64,000 nucleotides of DNA from the human T2T-CHM13v2.0 reference genome, Homo sapiens, in the NCBI RefSeq assembly GCF_009914755.1, contig NC_060935.1; one strand, 5' to 3'. The notes beneath the pieces were generated by a model, which was given only the letters and a program-made list of their open reading frames with translations, was not told the origin of the DNA and did no database searches. The position numbers were made by a program, and so were the translations under genes. Of the stretch, positions 13,292-29,254 are shown piece after piece (the first letter of the stretch is position 1; every line of letters starts with the position of its first letter).

Positions 13292-14959
13292 ACTTGTGCA
13301 TCGTTTTTCTCTCCTGCTTCCATTCCTAAGGTGAAATCAAGTACAAAGATATTACCTTTCTTGAAGGGGAAAAAAGAGGAAACAGACAAGGAGTTTCTCT
13401 CCCAATACTCTGCAGGAGGAGGAGATAATTGAGCTTCCTCTCTATAATAAGACATGCAAACAATTAGGGGCCATGATCTGATGCCAAGGTAGGAGAAGCT
13501 GTGGGGCTGCTTTTATTCTTAGCCCATATTGTAGAGAGGGCATGGTTCTTTGGTTTCACACCAAAGTCAAAATAAGACAATAATGAGTCCGAGAGAACAC
13601 CAGAGGTCTAATTAAATGTAAAAGTTTGATTCAGGGAGTGAGATGGTGGCCTTCCTTTTAGAAAGTCTTTTAAATTTCTTTAATTCTTACTCCAAATGCT
13701 ATCCATCTAAATTAAGTCTTACTTCGAGGTTATAGAAAGAAATAAATATATTCTTACAAGCTAGTAACTTGGATAACTGAAGTGTGGAAATACTGTCCAA
13801 TACAGTATGACCCCTGCTGTGTACCCAATGATAGAAATAGCTAAAAGTAACTGAGCCTCTTCTACGCAGTCTGCATTGAGTATAACATTTATTCATTCAT
13901 TAAAAAAATGTCTTGGACATGGAGCATGGTTCTAAAAAAATTTAGAGAGAGAGAGAGTGCGTGAAGTTCAGCTAATGATAAGACGCTATGAAGAAAATGA
14001 AGTAGAGAAATAGGCCAGAAACAAATGAGTGGGACAGAGACTATATTACATATTAGAGTGGAGTGTCCAGCGATGAGATGCAGTTCTCCAAAGCCCAGGC
14101 ATAGCCCATTCCACACAGAAGGCACAGACATGAAAATGTCTGGAATCAAGAAAGAGCTTGATTTGTGTGAATAATTGAAAGTTCTGCGTAGATGCTGTTT
14201 TCTCCATTTCATAGATGGGAAAGTTGAGGTTCAAGAACTTTAAATAACTTACTGAAAGTTACTTTAAAAGTATGTGCCACTGCTGAGATTTCTTTTATTT
14301 TACTTTTTGGAAAAGTAAATTATTAACGTATTCACCAAAGCACTGTAATGTGTTACTCATTGGAAAGTCTCCTCATTTCTCCTTTGTCCCTGTCCACACC
14401 ATTCCATCTCTCATCACCCTTCCCTTGCATGAACTAAAAATGGCTTAGCTTTAGCTGCTTGGGTATCATTCAAATGCTTACACAAATACAAGCAAATACA
14501 GTATTATACTATATCCTCCCCTTCCTTATATAGTATACTATATATACTGTACTAAATTTTCCTTGTTTTATTTAAAAATATATCCTAGACACATTTCCAT
14601 GACAGTGCCTAGAGTTTCTCATTTTACCACATACTACTTTCCTGTAGAAGTGAACAATAGTTTATATGATCAATCCTCTATTGATGGAAATCTAGCTGGT
14701 TTCTAGGTGTTTGCCAGTATAAACAATGAGTAACCTTGTATGTATTCCATTTTGCATTGGAAAGCTCACTGCCTTAGAGGAACTGATAAAATTTGCTTTA
14801 TTCCCTTCCTTTGTGGTAGTAAACTTTTACTCCTACTAGTACTTCATGAGGTGTTTTCTCAAAAATCCATCAGAAAAGTATTTTATAAACTTTTGGATTT
14901 TTGCCCATCTGATTGGTTTGAAATGGTATCTCTGTGTTGGTCTTAATTGTGGCACTTCC

Positions 14960-15241
14960 TTTTTATTTATTTATTTATTCATCTATTTATTTATATTTTT
15001 TGAGACAGACTCCTTGGCTCACCGCAACCTCTGCCTCCCACGCTCAAGTGATCCTTCCGCCTCAGCCTTCAGCAGCTGGAACTACAGCACATGCCACCAT
15101 GTTCAGCTAATTATTTTTATTTTTGTAGAGTCAGGGTTTCACCATGTTACCCAAGCTGGTCTCAAATTCCTGGGCTCAAACAATCTGCCCACCGTGGCTT
15201 CCCAAAGTGCTGATTACAGGTGTGAGCCACTGCGCCCAGCC
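14960..15241 (-). mobile_element. AluJ-like element (internally deleted)
   Basis: (TTTA)n tail followed by antisense Alu sequence ending ...GTGAGCCACTGCGCCCAGCC. Part of the right arm is missing. Confidence 0.85.
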
Positions 15242-16391
15242 AGCAGCTCTCTTTATATTAAGAAAATTAACCTTTTGTCTAGGATAGGAGTTGCAATTTT
15301 TTCCCTCAATTTGATATTTGCGATTTCATTTTATGTATAGAGTGGGGGGATTTTGTTCTTTTGTTTTGGTTTGTGCGACGTAGAAATTTTACAAATTTTA
15401 CAAAAACATATGTTCATGTGAGAACATTGCTGGGGTCTCTCCCAGGGCCTTGGAATGCAACAATCCAAGTGAGGGGCTTCCCAGTAAGTCGGCTTCTAAA
15501 GGAAGGACTCTTAGGAAACATATTTATTTAGAGATTTAAATAATGAGAAAGCAGTAAATTGTGCAAAAATATAGAGAAAGGATGTTTTGGAGGAGTGACT
15601 TATCAAAGAATAAATTGGAGATGTTTGAGGAATTAAAAGAAAGCCATTGTGTAAGGAATATAGCGTCACTACCTACTTCACCTTTCGAACAAACTCAAGA
15701 ACACAAAGATGTTAGGAACTCAATGTGTAACTTTTGCCTGGAGACTCATGTATAACTACAATGACCTTAAAGGAACATGTGAGATCAACCAATAATTTCT
15801 TACAATGTTTCATGGATCCCCAGAGACTAGGGGTAGAAGCGTTTATACAGAGGCTGAGTAAGCTAGGATTCAAGCTCGTCACTGCAGCCTCTTCACTACA
15901 TTTTTCATGCATCTGTTTCATACCTTGGACTCCTCGTAAGAATTTATTTAAACCAAAAGCTCCATCATTGAGAAAAGTTAAAAACCCCTGAACCCCAACT
16001 CCATCACTTGATCTGGGTGGATACTGAAGCTTAGAAAGAGTGAATGGCTTGCCAAAGCCACAGTTAGATAGAGACACAGCCATTACAAAACCTCTATCCT
16101 ATGATTCTCAATCAGAGGCTCTTTCCAGCATTCCCAACCCTAATCATGCCCTAGCCTAGTCTCCAATATATTTTCTTCCATGCAGTTGCTATTCTTTTAA
16201 AAAGCAGGGTGGTTGGTAGATGATTTCCATCCATTTATATTCTCTAACCATCTATAAGACAAAGAGAGCTCTGTACAACTTTCTCAGAGTAAGGCATTCT
16301 CTATTTGCCTCAGTGGAAGCTGGAAAGGGATCAGTGAATATTTTGCAGCTATAATTATACCAAATGGAGCTTCCACTAGAAATATTACTTA

Positions 16392-16778
<387 letters not shown>

Positions 16779-16841
16779 TCAAGCACCTCTCCTCTCCATT
16801 CCTACCACCCCCATTCTTTTTCAGGTCCTCATCACCTCTCA

Positions 16842-17406
<565 letters not shown>

Positions 17407-20354
17407 TTACCTAAACTTGGCATTCAAAGCTTTCTGCAATCCAATGCTAACATTATAATTCTCACTTTATCTCCAATTCCTGCTTTAATTCATGCTGTAA
17501 TCCAGAAATTCAAAACATTTCTCATTCCTACTCCATGCTCTATATCTTCGCAAATGGAGGTCTTTATTTATCTTGTTACCTGTCCCCACATGTCCTCCCC
17601 TGACTGATGTCATTGGAAAGCTTCTCCATCTTTCATGGTCTAATTCCTTGTTGTCTCCTTTATGAAGCCTTCATTGACCATGTCAAGCAAATGAGAATTC
17701 TTACACCTTCAACCCCCTGTTACAGATCATATAGACATTCTCATGGCAGTGTTAACATACTGCTTTGTGTCATCATGAATTCTGAAGTTATTTTGTTCCC
17801 ATTATAGAGTGTGAGCTCTCTGAAGGCAAAACTAACCTATTTATCTTTATATCTCCTAAAGGGCCTAATACATCTCTAGGTGCACAGAAAGGATTTAGTT
17901 CCATATTTGACGAAAGGACAGGGCTGAGTTATCCTTAGTGTTCAACTCCTCCATTTTAGAACCAGACCATATAGAATAGGTCAGGAATTGAAAAGAGATA
18001 TCTTTATGAAATATCCAAACAGAGGGGAAAGGACAGCAAATAAACATCCAATAAAACTAGTCATAGCTGAGTGACACTGTGCCAAATTAGAAAGAACATC
18101 AGCTAGAAAGCCAGATCCAAATATGTCAGATTCCCAAGTCACTTTCCAGCTCTGGAACTTTGAACGGGTCCCTGTCCATTCTCAATCTCATTTGCAAAAT
18201 GAGGCTACAGGTCTGCTGTGAAGACAACTGGAGAAATTGCAATTAACATTTTAGAACATTATAGGTTATGCGGTAACAACAACAACTACAAGAATCAGCA
18301 GACCAACCACAGAGCTGAATGTGTTATTGAGCCTCAGTGTGCAGAGGCATGAAAGGGAGGTTTGTGACTTTATCTTGTCACCTGAAGGGTTCATTAGACC
18401 TTCAGAAGGCACCTTTTCCCTTCTGTGAGAATTTGTTTTGCAGGCTCTGCAATTATCATCAGATCATCATCATCAGATGATGCACAGGACATGAGATTGA
18501 AAACAGCACATCCAAAAAACAAAAAAAGTATGCACCTAGAATGAAATACCTAAGGACATTTCTAATTAGGGAGGGAGAGAGTAATCAGGGATGATGCTGA
18601 AAGGAGATGTCAGGCCTGGCATTGCTAAAATGAAAAGGAAGGGAAGCTAGGAGTTATTTTAACTGAAACTTGCACCCACCCACCCAGCCTCCTCCATCTC
18701 AGAGAATCGATGACAGAATAGAATTTGAACATCTCTGGGTTTTAGTTAGCCATTGACACATTGATTCCCTCTATAAGCAAGTATTGAGCACTAGTTAGTG
18801 GCAGGTTTAGGAAACTGAGAAATAAGGAATTCATGGTCTAGTTCAGGAAAGATACAAATGAGGTATGACAAGAGCTACAATCGCACCATACCCAGGTACG
18901 GTAAGAATACAAAGGAGTTCCAGCCCTACCAAGAGTGATCATTATAAGATAAAAGTGATATGGAAAACTGAGTTTTGAAAAATGACCAAGGGGTTTCCAA
19001 GAAGGCAAGGTGTGTGGGGTACTCCAAGCAAAAGGAGTTGCTTCCGTGTGACTCTACACATAGTCTAGCTCCTGGCAAGTTGTAGGAGCACAGAAAATGC
19101 AAGAGGGTGGCAGATGGCAAACCACAGGTGGGCAGAGACCACACACTCTCCCTTTCTTGTGTACCTCCCAATAATTCCTAGCAGGATATTTGGCACATTA
19201 TGTGTTCTCAGGAGATCAGAGTTCTTAAACACCTTGTTATCTGTAGACCTAACCTTTATATCTAGTAGGGAGAATTCAGAAGTGTACTTTATCTATGGTC
19301 AACAGGAGGAGACTGATTGCCTGAAGATGATCTGGTAGCAGCCAGGCTCCTGGCCCCATTCTGAAGAACTTGACATAGCTGGAAAATCAGACATGGCTGG
19401 AAGAAACTTCAGATATATTGTTTCTTAACTTGGCATCTCAACAACTCTAAGAAAAAATCCATTTTTATTTAAATTGTAAAAATAATGTGTCTATTAAGAT
19501 TACCACCCTTGTTATCAAGTTCTGACATGTAATTTTGATGCTCAATTTTTATGTTTGTTGTTTTGAATATCTTGACCCCAAATGAACATCCAAAGTGACC
19601 GCTTTTGACTTCTAATTCAGTATTTTTTGGGATTTCCAAGTCCTCCAGCTTGAGAACAACTTCATTGGATACAATGTCTCAATGAAAGATAAAGATATGG
19701 AGACCCAGAAAGGAGAAATAACTTTGTAGTGCATCCAGCTGCTCAGTAAGGTGACTAGAACCCAGGGTGTTTCAATGTTTGCCATATCCCAGTCCAGCCA
19801 CCAACCCTCTGAAAAGGCAGTCAACAGTACTATCACTTCCAAGATCTCCAGATATAAATCCAAATTTCAAATTCAGCTCACAATTCACAGTGGTGCATTT
19901 GACCTTTATGGTAAAAGTTACAGTTTCTACTTTATCTTGGACAATATCCATGCCCCACCTCTCTGAGAAGCAGACAGAATAGGTCAGGATAAATTAACTC
20001 CTATTTAGGGAAATAAGAATAGCTTTTTTGTAAAACCAAGTTCTCTCATTGTATAGAATTTGTGACTTCACACATACTTTACTTACATTATGAAGAGATG
20101 ATACCATGAAATTTCTGATTGTGAAGAAAACATTGCTTTATTGTTAATTTAAGAAAGGTAGCCACTGCTTTTCTGTTAGGAAATTTTGAAAGCAGAGCAA
20201 GCCATCAATTTGTGACGTCTTTTACATATATTTGGTAACAAGTAGTCACTGAATAAATGACAAATTGATGTTACCTAAATACTCAATGCAATAAATAGCT
20301 TAGAACTGGGAGATGAGTGAGCCACAGGGTATGGGGATTTGTGGAACTCTAAGA

Positions 20355-20505
20355 ACATGGCTTTTCAGCAGAATCACCTGGGGAACACTTTGAAAAATGC
20401 AGACTCTGGAACCCAACCCCAGACTAACTGAATCAGAATTTCCACAGGCTGGTATCCAGAACCTGACATTTATACAAGCTTTTCAAGTAACTTTGATGAT
20501 TATCT
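20355..20505. mobile_element. MER5-type hAT DNA transposon remnant (a second similar remnant at ~62987-63140)
   Basis: CAGAATCACCTGGGG...AAAAATGCAGA...CCCCAGAC..ACTGAATCAGAA motif. Confidence 0.65.
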
Positions 20506-22013
20506 AATCCACCCAAATGAACTCCTGCCATATTTTTCAGAGCAAAAGTTTCTAAGTCAAAATGATGAAATCAACAATCAGTCAATTATAATCCTACATG
20601 AAATATAAAACCTTCCAAGATCAAAATAATTCAGAACAGCTGCCACTTTTTTTTCATTTAACTGTTTCCTCCACTTGAGACCCTATTTACTTATTCATTG
20701 AACAAATAATTATAAAATGCCTACAGTACTACAGCTGGGGATATAATTGTGAATATAATATATACGGCCATTTTATCAGGGAACCTATATACCTCAGTCA
20801 CTGGAGTACTATGAGAGTTCTATCCAGGAAGTTTTTCTGAATTTATAAACTTGACTTCTTTTTCCTGGCATCTCACTTTTCACACTTGCTGCAGACAAGC
20901 TTCTTGGCTTCCTGGTCTAAGTGGTGGAAAGTAACCACTGCCAACAGCTCTCAGATTCACATCTCCTCCCTTCATGATGATAACTACTTCCAAAAGAAAT
21001 TCACTGGCTTGACATGGGTTGAGTAGGTCTCCTGGGGCAGCCCGTGGCCTGGAGGAAAGAGTTCCATTATAAGAACATGATGCTCCAATGGAACCATGTC
21101 CTTAGAAAGAGGTTAGGGCAATTCCATTGGAAAGAGATGAATAGACAATTTGATACATTCCAACTGCACTTCTCTGAGGACTACCCGTGCACCTCACAGC
21201 ATGAATCCTATGCCATTCATTTGGGCTGCTCAGAGTTTTCTTCTTGTCTGAATTTTGGCTCTGTTCAGGTAATTGAGTTATTTTTTCATTCTTTCATTAT
21301 TCATTCATAAAACATTTATTAGACATTGACCTGGGGATAAGAAAAAGAAAAAAAGAAGCACCATGTTGTTTCTCTTGGAGCTCACAGATTACTGAAGGAG
21401 GCAAATGTATAGACACGTAATGATTATTTACTGTGACAGAGACATGCACTAAGTACTAAGGAAACCCAGGGGAAATTTAATGAATTTCACAGATTTCCCT
21501 AAATGAGTCTTAATGAATACAAGGGAGTTTTCTAGATTGGCTAGAGTGAGGGGGCTCCCAAAGTATGTTATGATAACGAAGTTAAGGAATGTGTAGCAGA
21601 AGGAAGTTTCATGGCTGAGAGGTGAAGTAGTGACTATAAATGGAATAATACAAAAAAAAGTCTTCCCAGCCATATCATTGGCAAGCTGTGCAAACTTGGG
21701 CAAGTTACTAAAACTTTCTATATTTACCTCATAAAATTGTGGTGAGAATTAACTTTCTAGTGGAGGTGAAGTTAATTTTTAAAGTAGTGCTGGAATGTCT
21801 TGAATTCTTAATAAATTTTTAGGTATTAATGTTTTATTATTATATTTAATAATGTTTTATTATTGTTATCATGATCATTATCATCATTATTTCAAACAAA
21901 TATGTGACTCCAAGATATGCTTCTAAAATTTTTACTTGTGAGAGGAGAGTTTATTTTGTTTATCATCATATCACGGAGATTGTGATTTGGACTTGGCCCA
22001 GGGTACAAAGTAG

Positions 22014-22610
22014 TGTAATAGGAAAATAAATCTTGGGACCCCAAAATCACTAAGCCAGAGGGAAAAGTCAAGCTGGAAACTGCATAGGGCAAACTTCCCT
22101 CCCATATTATTCCTAAATAACATAGCTACAAAGATAAGAAGCTACATTCATTTCTCACAATTTTCCCAGAAGGAAATTTCTTGTGGACAAAGAACAGACA
22201 GAACTCAAAGTCATCCCTCTGAGCTCACCTGAGACAAATATAGATCTGATTGCTTCCTCTGCCCTACTGTTTATGTAAAAATGCAGATTCACTGATCCAG
22301 ACTAAATTGTGTATTCAGAAGAGGGCTGATCAAGGACTCCAAAGAATGCAACCTTTTATCTCTTATCTACTTCTAATGTGGAAGCCCCCACTTCGAGTTG
22401 TCCCACCTTACCAGACCAAACCAATGTATATCTTACACATATTGATTCATGTCTCATGTCTCCCTAAAATGCATAAAAGCAAGCTGTACCCTGACCACCT
22501 TGGGCACATGACCTCAGGACCTCCTGAGGATGTCACAGGTGCATCCCTAACTTTGGCAAAATATACTTGCTAAATTGACTGAGACCTGTCTCAGATATTT
22601 GGGTCTCACA
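22014..22610 (+). mobile_element. MER4-family 5' LTR
   Basis: TGTAATAGGAAAATAAATCTTGGGACCCCAAAATCACTAAGCC...GGGTCTCACA. Confidence 0.88.
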
Positions 22611-22613
22611 TTT

Positions 22614-22631
22614 TGGTAACCATGAAGGGAT
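22614..22631 (+). other. Primer-binding site, complementary to tRNA-Arg(TCG) 3' end
   Basis: TGGTAACCATGAAGGGAT lies 3 nt after the LTR. It matches the reverse complement of ...ATCCCTTCGTGGTTA-CCA (remembered tRNA-Arg-TCG 3' end) apart from one CpG-type change. Confidence 0.7.
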
Positions 22632-22712
22632 TCTGAGTGCAGATACCCCTGACCTTTGGTAAATTTCCTGTTAGTGCTTGGTACCAACTTGAGCTATCTT
22701 TGTGGCTCAAAC

Positions 22713-23046
22713 TGTAACCACCCAATGGATTCACGCTGCCCACTCCCTAGACAGAGCTGATTTATCAAGACAGGGGAGTTGTAATAGAAAGAGTCATTCA
22801 CGCAGATCAGAGTTTTATTGTTACTCAAATCAGTCTCCCTGAGCATTTTGGGATCAGAGTTTGTAAGCACAACTTGGTGGATGGGGGAAAGCCAGTGAGC
22901 CAGGAGTGCTGATTGGTTAGGTAGGAGATGAATCATAGGGAATTGAAGCTGTCCCCTTGCACTGAGTCAGTTCCTGGGTGGGGACCACAAGATCAGATGA
23001 GCTACTTAATCAATCTGGGTGACACCAGCTGATCCATCAAGTGCAG
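22713..23046 (-). mobile_element. Truncated LTR8 (ERV1) 3' part, antisense, inside MER4-int
   Basis: TGTAACCACCCAATGGATTCAC...AGACAGAGCTGATTTATCAAGACAGGGG...TTACTCAAATCAGTCTCCC is the reverse complement of the LTR8 3' end. Confidence 0.75.
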
Positions 23047-23550
23047 TGCCCAAGACGATGGGAAGCCACCTCTTACATCAGCATGACCTAGATGTGAGAC
23101 ATGGAGTCAAAGGAGACCATTTGGAGCTTTAAGATTTGACTGCCATGCTGGATTTCAGACTTGCATGGGGCCTGTAACACCTTTGTTTTGGCCAATTTCT
23201 CCCCGTTGGAACAGCTGTATTTGCCCAATACCTGTACCCCATTGTATCTAGGAAGTAACTAGCTTACTTTTGAGTTTACAGTCTTATAGGCAGAAGGGAC
23301 TTGCCTTGTCTCAGATGAGATTTTGGACTTTGGACGTTTGAGCTAATGCTGAATGAATTAAGGCTTTGGGGGACTTTTGGAAAGGCATGATTGGTTTTGA
23401 AAAATGAAGACATGAGATTTGGGAGGGGCCAGGGACAGAATGATGTGATTTGGCTCTGTGTCCCCACCCAAATCTCATCTTGTAGCTCCCATAATTCCCA
23501 CATGTTGTGTGAGGGACCCAGTAGGAGATGGTTGAATCATGGGGGTAGGT
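23047..23550 (+). mobile_element. THE1 (MaLR) fragment: internal 3' end + PPT + first ~110 bp of the LTR
   Basis: THE1-int sequence (GATGTGAGACATGGAGTCAAAGGAGA...), PPT GGGAGGGGCCAGGG, and LTR start TGATGTGATTTGGCTCTGTGTCCCCACCCAAATCTCATCTTG at 23441. Confidence 0.8.
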
Positions 23551-26500
23551 GCCACTCACCTATTTTGAGATGTTCTGTTTTCTTTGTGGGGTTTCAAGAG
23601 TCATAGAAAGATATTTCTTAGGTCTAAAGCTCTGCTCTTCTCTACTGTATTACCTGACCTCTTTGGCTTTAGGGGAACCAGGGATGACCTTGTACTGTGA
23701 GATGATTTGACCTTGGCTTGTGTAATGTCAGATGGGAGCTACAAATTTAGGGGTGGATAAGGATACTTTACAGAAAGTGGTCTTGGTTGTTTTGTTGTTT
23801 ATTTTCTTTCCTAGGAAGTTGTTTATGGATCCAACTCTTAATTTGGAAGTGCATTCTAAAGGGTCTTTTCCATTGCTTTTTCTCCCAAAATTAATCTTGA
23901 TTTGGCTTGCCTGTGTGCATTTTTGTGAGGAAATGAACTGTTATTTACACAAGTAAATGAGAGACTGAGTTTCCTCAGCTCAGAAGAGAAAGGGCATTTT
24001 GCTCCTCCCAACCGAAAGGCACTCTTTGGGTGACTGTGGACCTTGTTGGAGTGTAGGGGGTCCTGACCCCCTGTGACATACAGAGGCCCTACAGGGAACC
24101 CCCAACAAAATTAGTTTAAAGAAAGACTCATACAGGAAGCACACAAGGGAGCTGGTCACTCGGCACTTGAGCCCTCCTGGAGGTGCTAGACCTTTAGAGA
24201 GAGAAACTGAGACACATAAGAGGGTGACAAGGACTCAGTGGTGACACACTGTGGAGTCCCGCCTGCAAGCAGCCCACTTTCACCCACTCTACAAAACCCT
24301 AGTCCACAGCTCAGTTCCTCCTTTTAAGAAAAAAAGAAGTGGGAAACAAATAATCTATGAATGAGGAGAAAATGACCCCCTTTCAGGTACTCCATCGGTT
24401 TTATGGCACCTCTACTTGCTAGATAGTGTTTGTGTAAAATGGAAATGTTATGGTCTATTGCATCAAGGAAAAAGACCCCCAAGCTCTCTAGAATTCCTAA
24501 GTTCTCTTTTCATCTATTTTCTTTTCTGCCTGCTTTAAATCTGCTGTTACTTTTCTACTGAGATAAAAACCACTATTTGAATCCAAGCTTTTTTTTGGAA
24601 GCCAGTGAATTTTATCTATCTCATGGCTAGAGTTCTAAAGTAAAAGCTATAGAATCTTTTTTGTGTGTGTATGTGTGTGTGTGCAAATATATATATATAT
24701 ATATTTAAAAGACTTTTATAATTTTATGTTTTATGTTTAACTGGCAATTAAATTGATTTTCATTTCCCTTTAGCACACCAGCTTTTTTCTCTATATAGTT
24801 TGAGATGTAAATTTTACTATCTGATTTTCACCTAAGAGTGGTTTCCTTTAACCTGAAAATTCAGAGCTGTTCAGCTGACAACTGCCTAGGGTAATGAAAA
24901 AGGTTATCAATAATTTGCAAGTTTAAGATAAGAAAAAGAAGAGGTCTTATGAATCTGTAAGATGCGCTTCTATTGGCGTGCCTAATACGTTTATGTATTT
25001 ATGTGTTGTGTACACAATGTTTCACTACTGAAAATATATAAAATACCTCTAATTGGCTTAAAGAAAAATAAAAGCACTTAAATCAAATACTCTCTTTAAA
25101 AAAAAGTCAAATGCTTTTCCAATATCACATGACTTAAGTAAGCTTTTAATAAATAAGCTGGCTTTAAAATTATTGGTAAAATAACATTAGAACTGTCTTA
25201 AGAACTGTTAGCATTTTTATTTGCATTTATTGGTCAAGCAGTTTTTTGCTTATTCCTGCAGAATACTATGAGATTGACCTTAAAGGTTACAAAACTATAA
25301 AACACAGCCCAAGACAGAATGATCTTTGCTTGTGTAATTTTTGATAAATAAGACATGAAATATTGTTGGTTTAATGAAAACATCTAAATCCTGAATTATC
25401 GTTTAAAAATATACCTTTATATTTAACCTTAAAGTTCTTGAGTAACACTTGAAATTCACAGCTATAAAAATGGTTAACAGGGAAATAACTTTAAATAATG
25501 ACTATCACAGTTAATCTAGGTAAACTATTAAATATATTAATTAGGTAAATGTAACAGATTAAATGCTTGTAAACAAACTTGTCATGTAATTTAGGATCTA
25601 AAGTTATTAATAGATATTAAGTGTTTGAGAAATTTTCAAATTTAAAAATTATTTTTAAAACTTTAAAAAGATGTTCTTATTAAAACGTAAATGTCTTGTT
25701 CTAATTCAGAGCTTATTTAAAGGTTATATATAAAACAAAGTAAAAGGAACCAAGAAATAAGAGAGATATAGAGAAAGTTATAGAAATGAAGAGGTATTTT
25801 TGGTAAGAATGCTTAAACAAAAATAATTTTATATGAGACAGAATCTTGTACAGTAAATCTTATCCTAGAATAAAATGACTGGTTGTTTCAGAAACAGAGA
25901 CATTTAGGACAAACTAGAAAGTTCAAGCATGCCATGAATGCTCTGTGTAAATCATAATAAGAGGACTTATTTAAAAAATCTTTTATATGACCAAGTTTTC
26001 TATAATTAAAGGGAAGTTACAATCATTTTTCTGAAGATTTGGTTTTGATTAAAATAATTATACACTAAATAACTGGTTTGAACTACAAAATTTTCTTAAG
26101 ATATTGCTTTACATGCTTAATAAATTATAAGACACTATAATTTTTTCTGCAAAATTCAACTTTTATTGCATCTTGCTGTTTTCAGCTTTCTCTCCCCCTT
26201 TAAAAGTCCTGAAATAATAACTTTATCCTTCAACTCATTTTCAGTTCCTGTAAGTTTTTTTCCCCCCTTTGAGTTCTAACTGTTGTGGTTTGATGCTTTA
26301 AAAAAAAAAGTTATATCTTAAAGGTCTAAAGGAAATGTTTCCTTCCAATATAATATTCCTCATAGGGAAGAGCAATCACACTACAGAAGGTCTTTTCTTT
26401 TGCCTTTGGGTAACTGGCCTAATAAACAGATCTTATGCTTTATTGAAATAATTCCTATGTCATTATTCCTAAGTTTGGTTTGCTTATGAAAAACTGCGAT

Positions 26501-27675
26501 TAAAAAAAATTTAATTCAGGTTATTGCATACATATAACTTTCTGTATGTGCCTTTAAGTCTTTGTGCCATTAAGTTACAGGGCTTTGACGCCTGGTTCTA
26601 AAAAGGACACCAAGTCTTGCTAAATCTTAACACTGATGGCAGTTAAACCCTCATCTTCAGACCCAGTAAAAGATGCAAATCAAAGTAAATTGTGTTCATA
26701 AGACACCAGGCCAGAAATTAAAGCTATTCCACTTCTCATGGCCTGGGAACTATCACAGAAGAGATGGGCATGTAAAATTGTAAGGGCCAATTTTGAGAGA
26801 TAAAATAAGTTCAGTTTCTCTATAAATAAACCATTAATATCAAAGCACACTGCCTCATGCTGTTTCTATTGGGGCTTATTGTTTGAAATATTAAATCTCC
26901 TTTCTTAAAGAATAAAGGTTTTACACCTTTTTTTTGAAATCCTTGAGTTATCACTTTGGTTAAATGAATAACTTATTTTACAATGACCAGTGATGCTATT
27001 TTGTGATATCAAGCATTTTAAATCTTTGGTATTTGACAAACTTTCCAAAATCAAATTATAAATTATAATGTCTTTTTCTGATCTAATTAATCCTTTAAGA
27101 TATTATATTCCCTAAAGTCCAAAAATGACATATTTGGCTTATTTAGTATAAAAATCATACAGGAAGCATTGTCAAATATGAAATGATGTTTGGCTTCCTT
27201 TGGACTGTATTTGTTTAAATATGTTATTAGTATGTGTTTCAAAATTATGGGAAACTCCTCTAATTCTGATATGATTTAGGGCACTTTATCAGTAATAATT
27301 ATAATTGTTATGTTAAAATACTGTGTGCCAGAGAGATAACAAATTTCCTTGTCAATTGTGTCTTTGACTATGGCACCTTTAAAACATTTTGTCATCCACA
27401 GACTATTGTTGTTTTGGTCTTCTTTAGAGGGTAGTTTTATAACCAGCTATAAAACTCTAACAGGTGTTCTTGAATGCAGAGTTCTGATACCTTTGAGCTT
27501 GTGACATAAGAATAGATGGAAAAACTCAGTACTCTCATGGAGAGATGGAATGTTCATGAATATCATGCAGAACAGGAGTTTACTGCACGGACTGAACTAA
27601 TAGAAGACTGAAATAATCTGTTTTGACTTTTTTGCTTAAGACATTGCTGATCCTTTGTTTTGTTTTTCAGAGTCA

Positions 27676-28006
<331 letters not shown>

Positions 28007-29254
28007 AAGAAAACTTTTTGAGCTATTTACAGCTTGTAGGAATTGAGGTAAAGTATACTCCTGTGAACAAAATTTGGAGCATATTTATTTCTTTCTGCCT
28101 GATTTTTCCAGAATTTGGAAACTATTTATGAGTATTCTTAACTTATGGCAGTATATTTATTGGCATAAGTGCAATATGCCTGTTTTCTTTTGCAACAGGA
28201 CACCATTGCAGAAACTGGTTATTTTACCAAGGCTTTGACTGGAATAGTGTGCTTCCCTTTAAGGAATCAAACTTGACTTTTGGAGCTAATAAAAGCCCCT
28301 TGGGAAAACTGCTCTCTTACCTTGTCTACACAGTCTCTGGACAGAGTTCCTGACCTGTGGTAAGTAAAGAATGCCACTTTCTGACAGGCTCAGGAGCCCC
28401 AAGTTATCTTGGGACCTCAAGAGGAGAGGAATCTACCCAACTCATAGTTATTTGATGGTACAAAGCCGTGGCTGGGTTTGGCTTTAAAGAAGTCTTACCT
28501 GAGATTCCTTCTATGGAACAAAGTTCCATGAAAGCCAATTAAAAAGGCCTATATGAAAAAAATAATTACTCTTGCTGCACTTTATACAGATAATCAGTCC
28601 ACATATAATAAAGCAAATTGGTCCTACCATGATTTGTCTTTAGCAAAAATGGGAAACTTGAGAGAGAAAAATTATGTTTTAGAAAGTATATTATACCTAT
28701 TACTAGATTCTAGTCTTGCCTAATGGTTTTCCATTTTTACTATTTTCCACAGTTTGGACTGAATCCTAATATTTCCTGGCTACAAGTCTCCAAAATAATG
28801 TTTTCATTTTTTTTCCTTCTTTCTGTTCCTCTCACTCCCCACCCCCATTTTTCCTAATTTAGAATCACTGAAAACTAAGTTGTGATTTCTTAAACTCCTG
28901 CAAACTGAAGCTAGATAACTTAAACTTCAGAAGAAAATAACAACCTATTTACATACACTTTCATACCTGCCTACTGATGTACGGACTTCAGAGTAATATG
29001 ACCTATTACAGTTTTCCAGGATTGTTTCTTTTTTGTTTGTTGTTGTTGTTCTCCCTTCTTCTCTTATGTTCTCTTCATAGAACGTGAGACTTCACAACCT
29101 GCTAAAAATGAGCTTTCCTTATACAGTGGGACCTACTCATCTGGGGATAAACCATCCTAGCCATGAGAGATTAGACAAAACCTGAGACCAGAGACTCATT
29201 TTCTTCTCAAATGCTTTCTCCAAAAGATTTTAAAAAGAAAAGCGTGGGGGGAAA

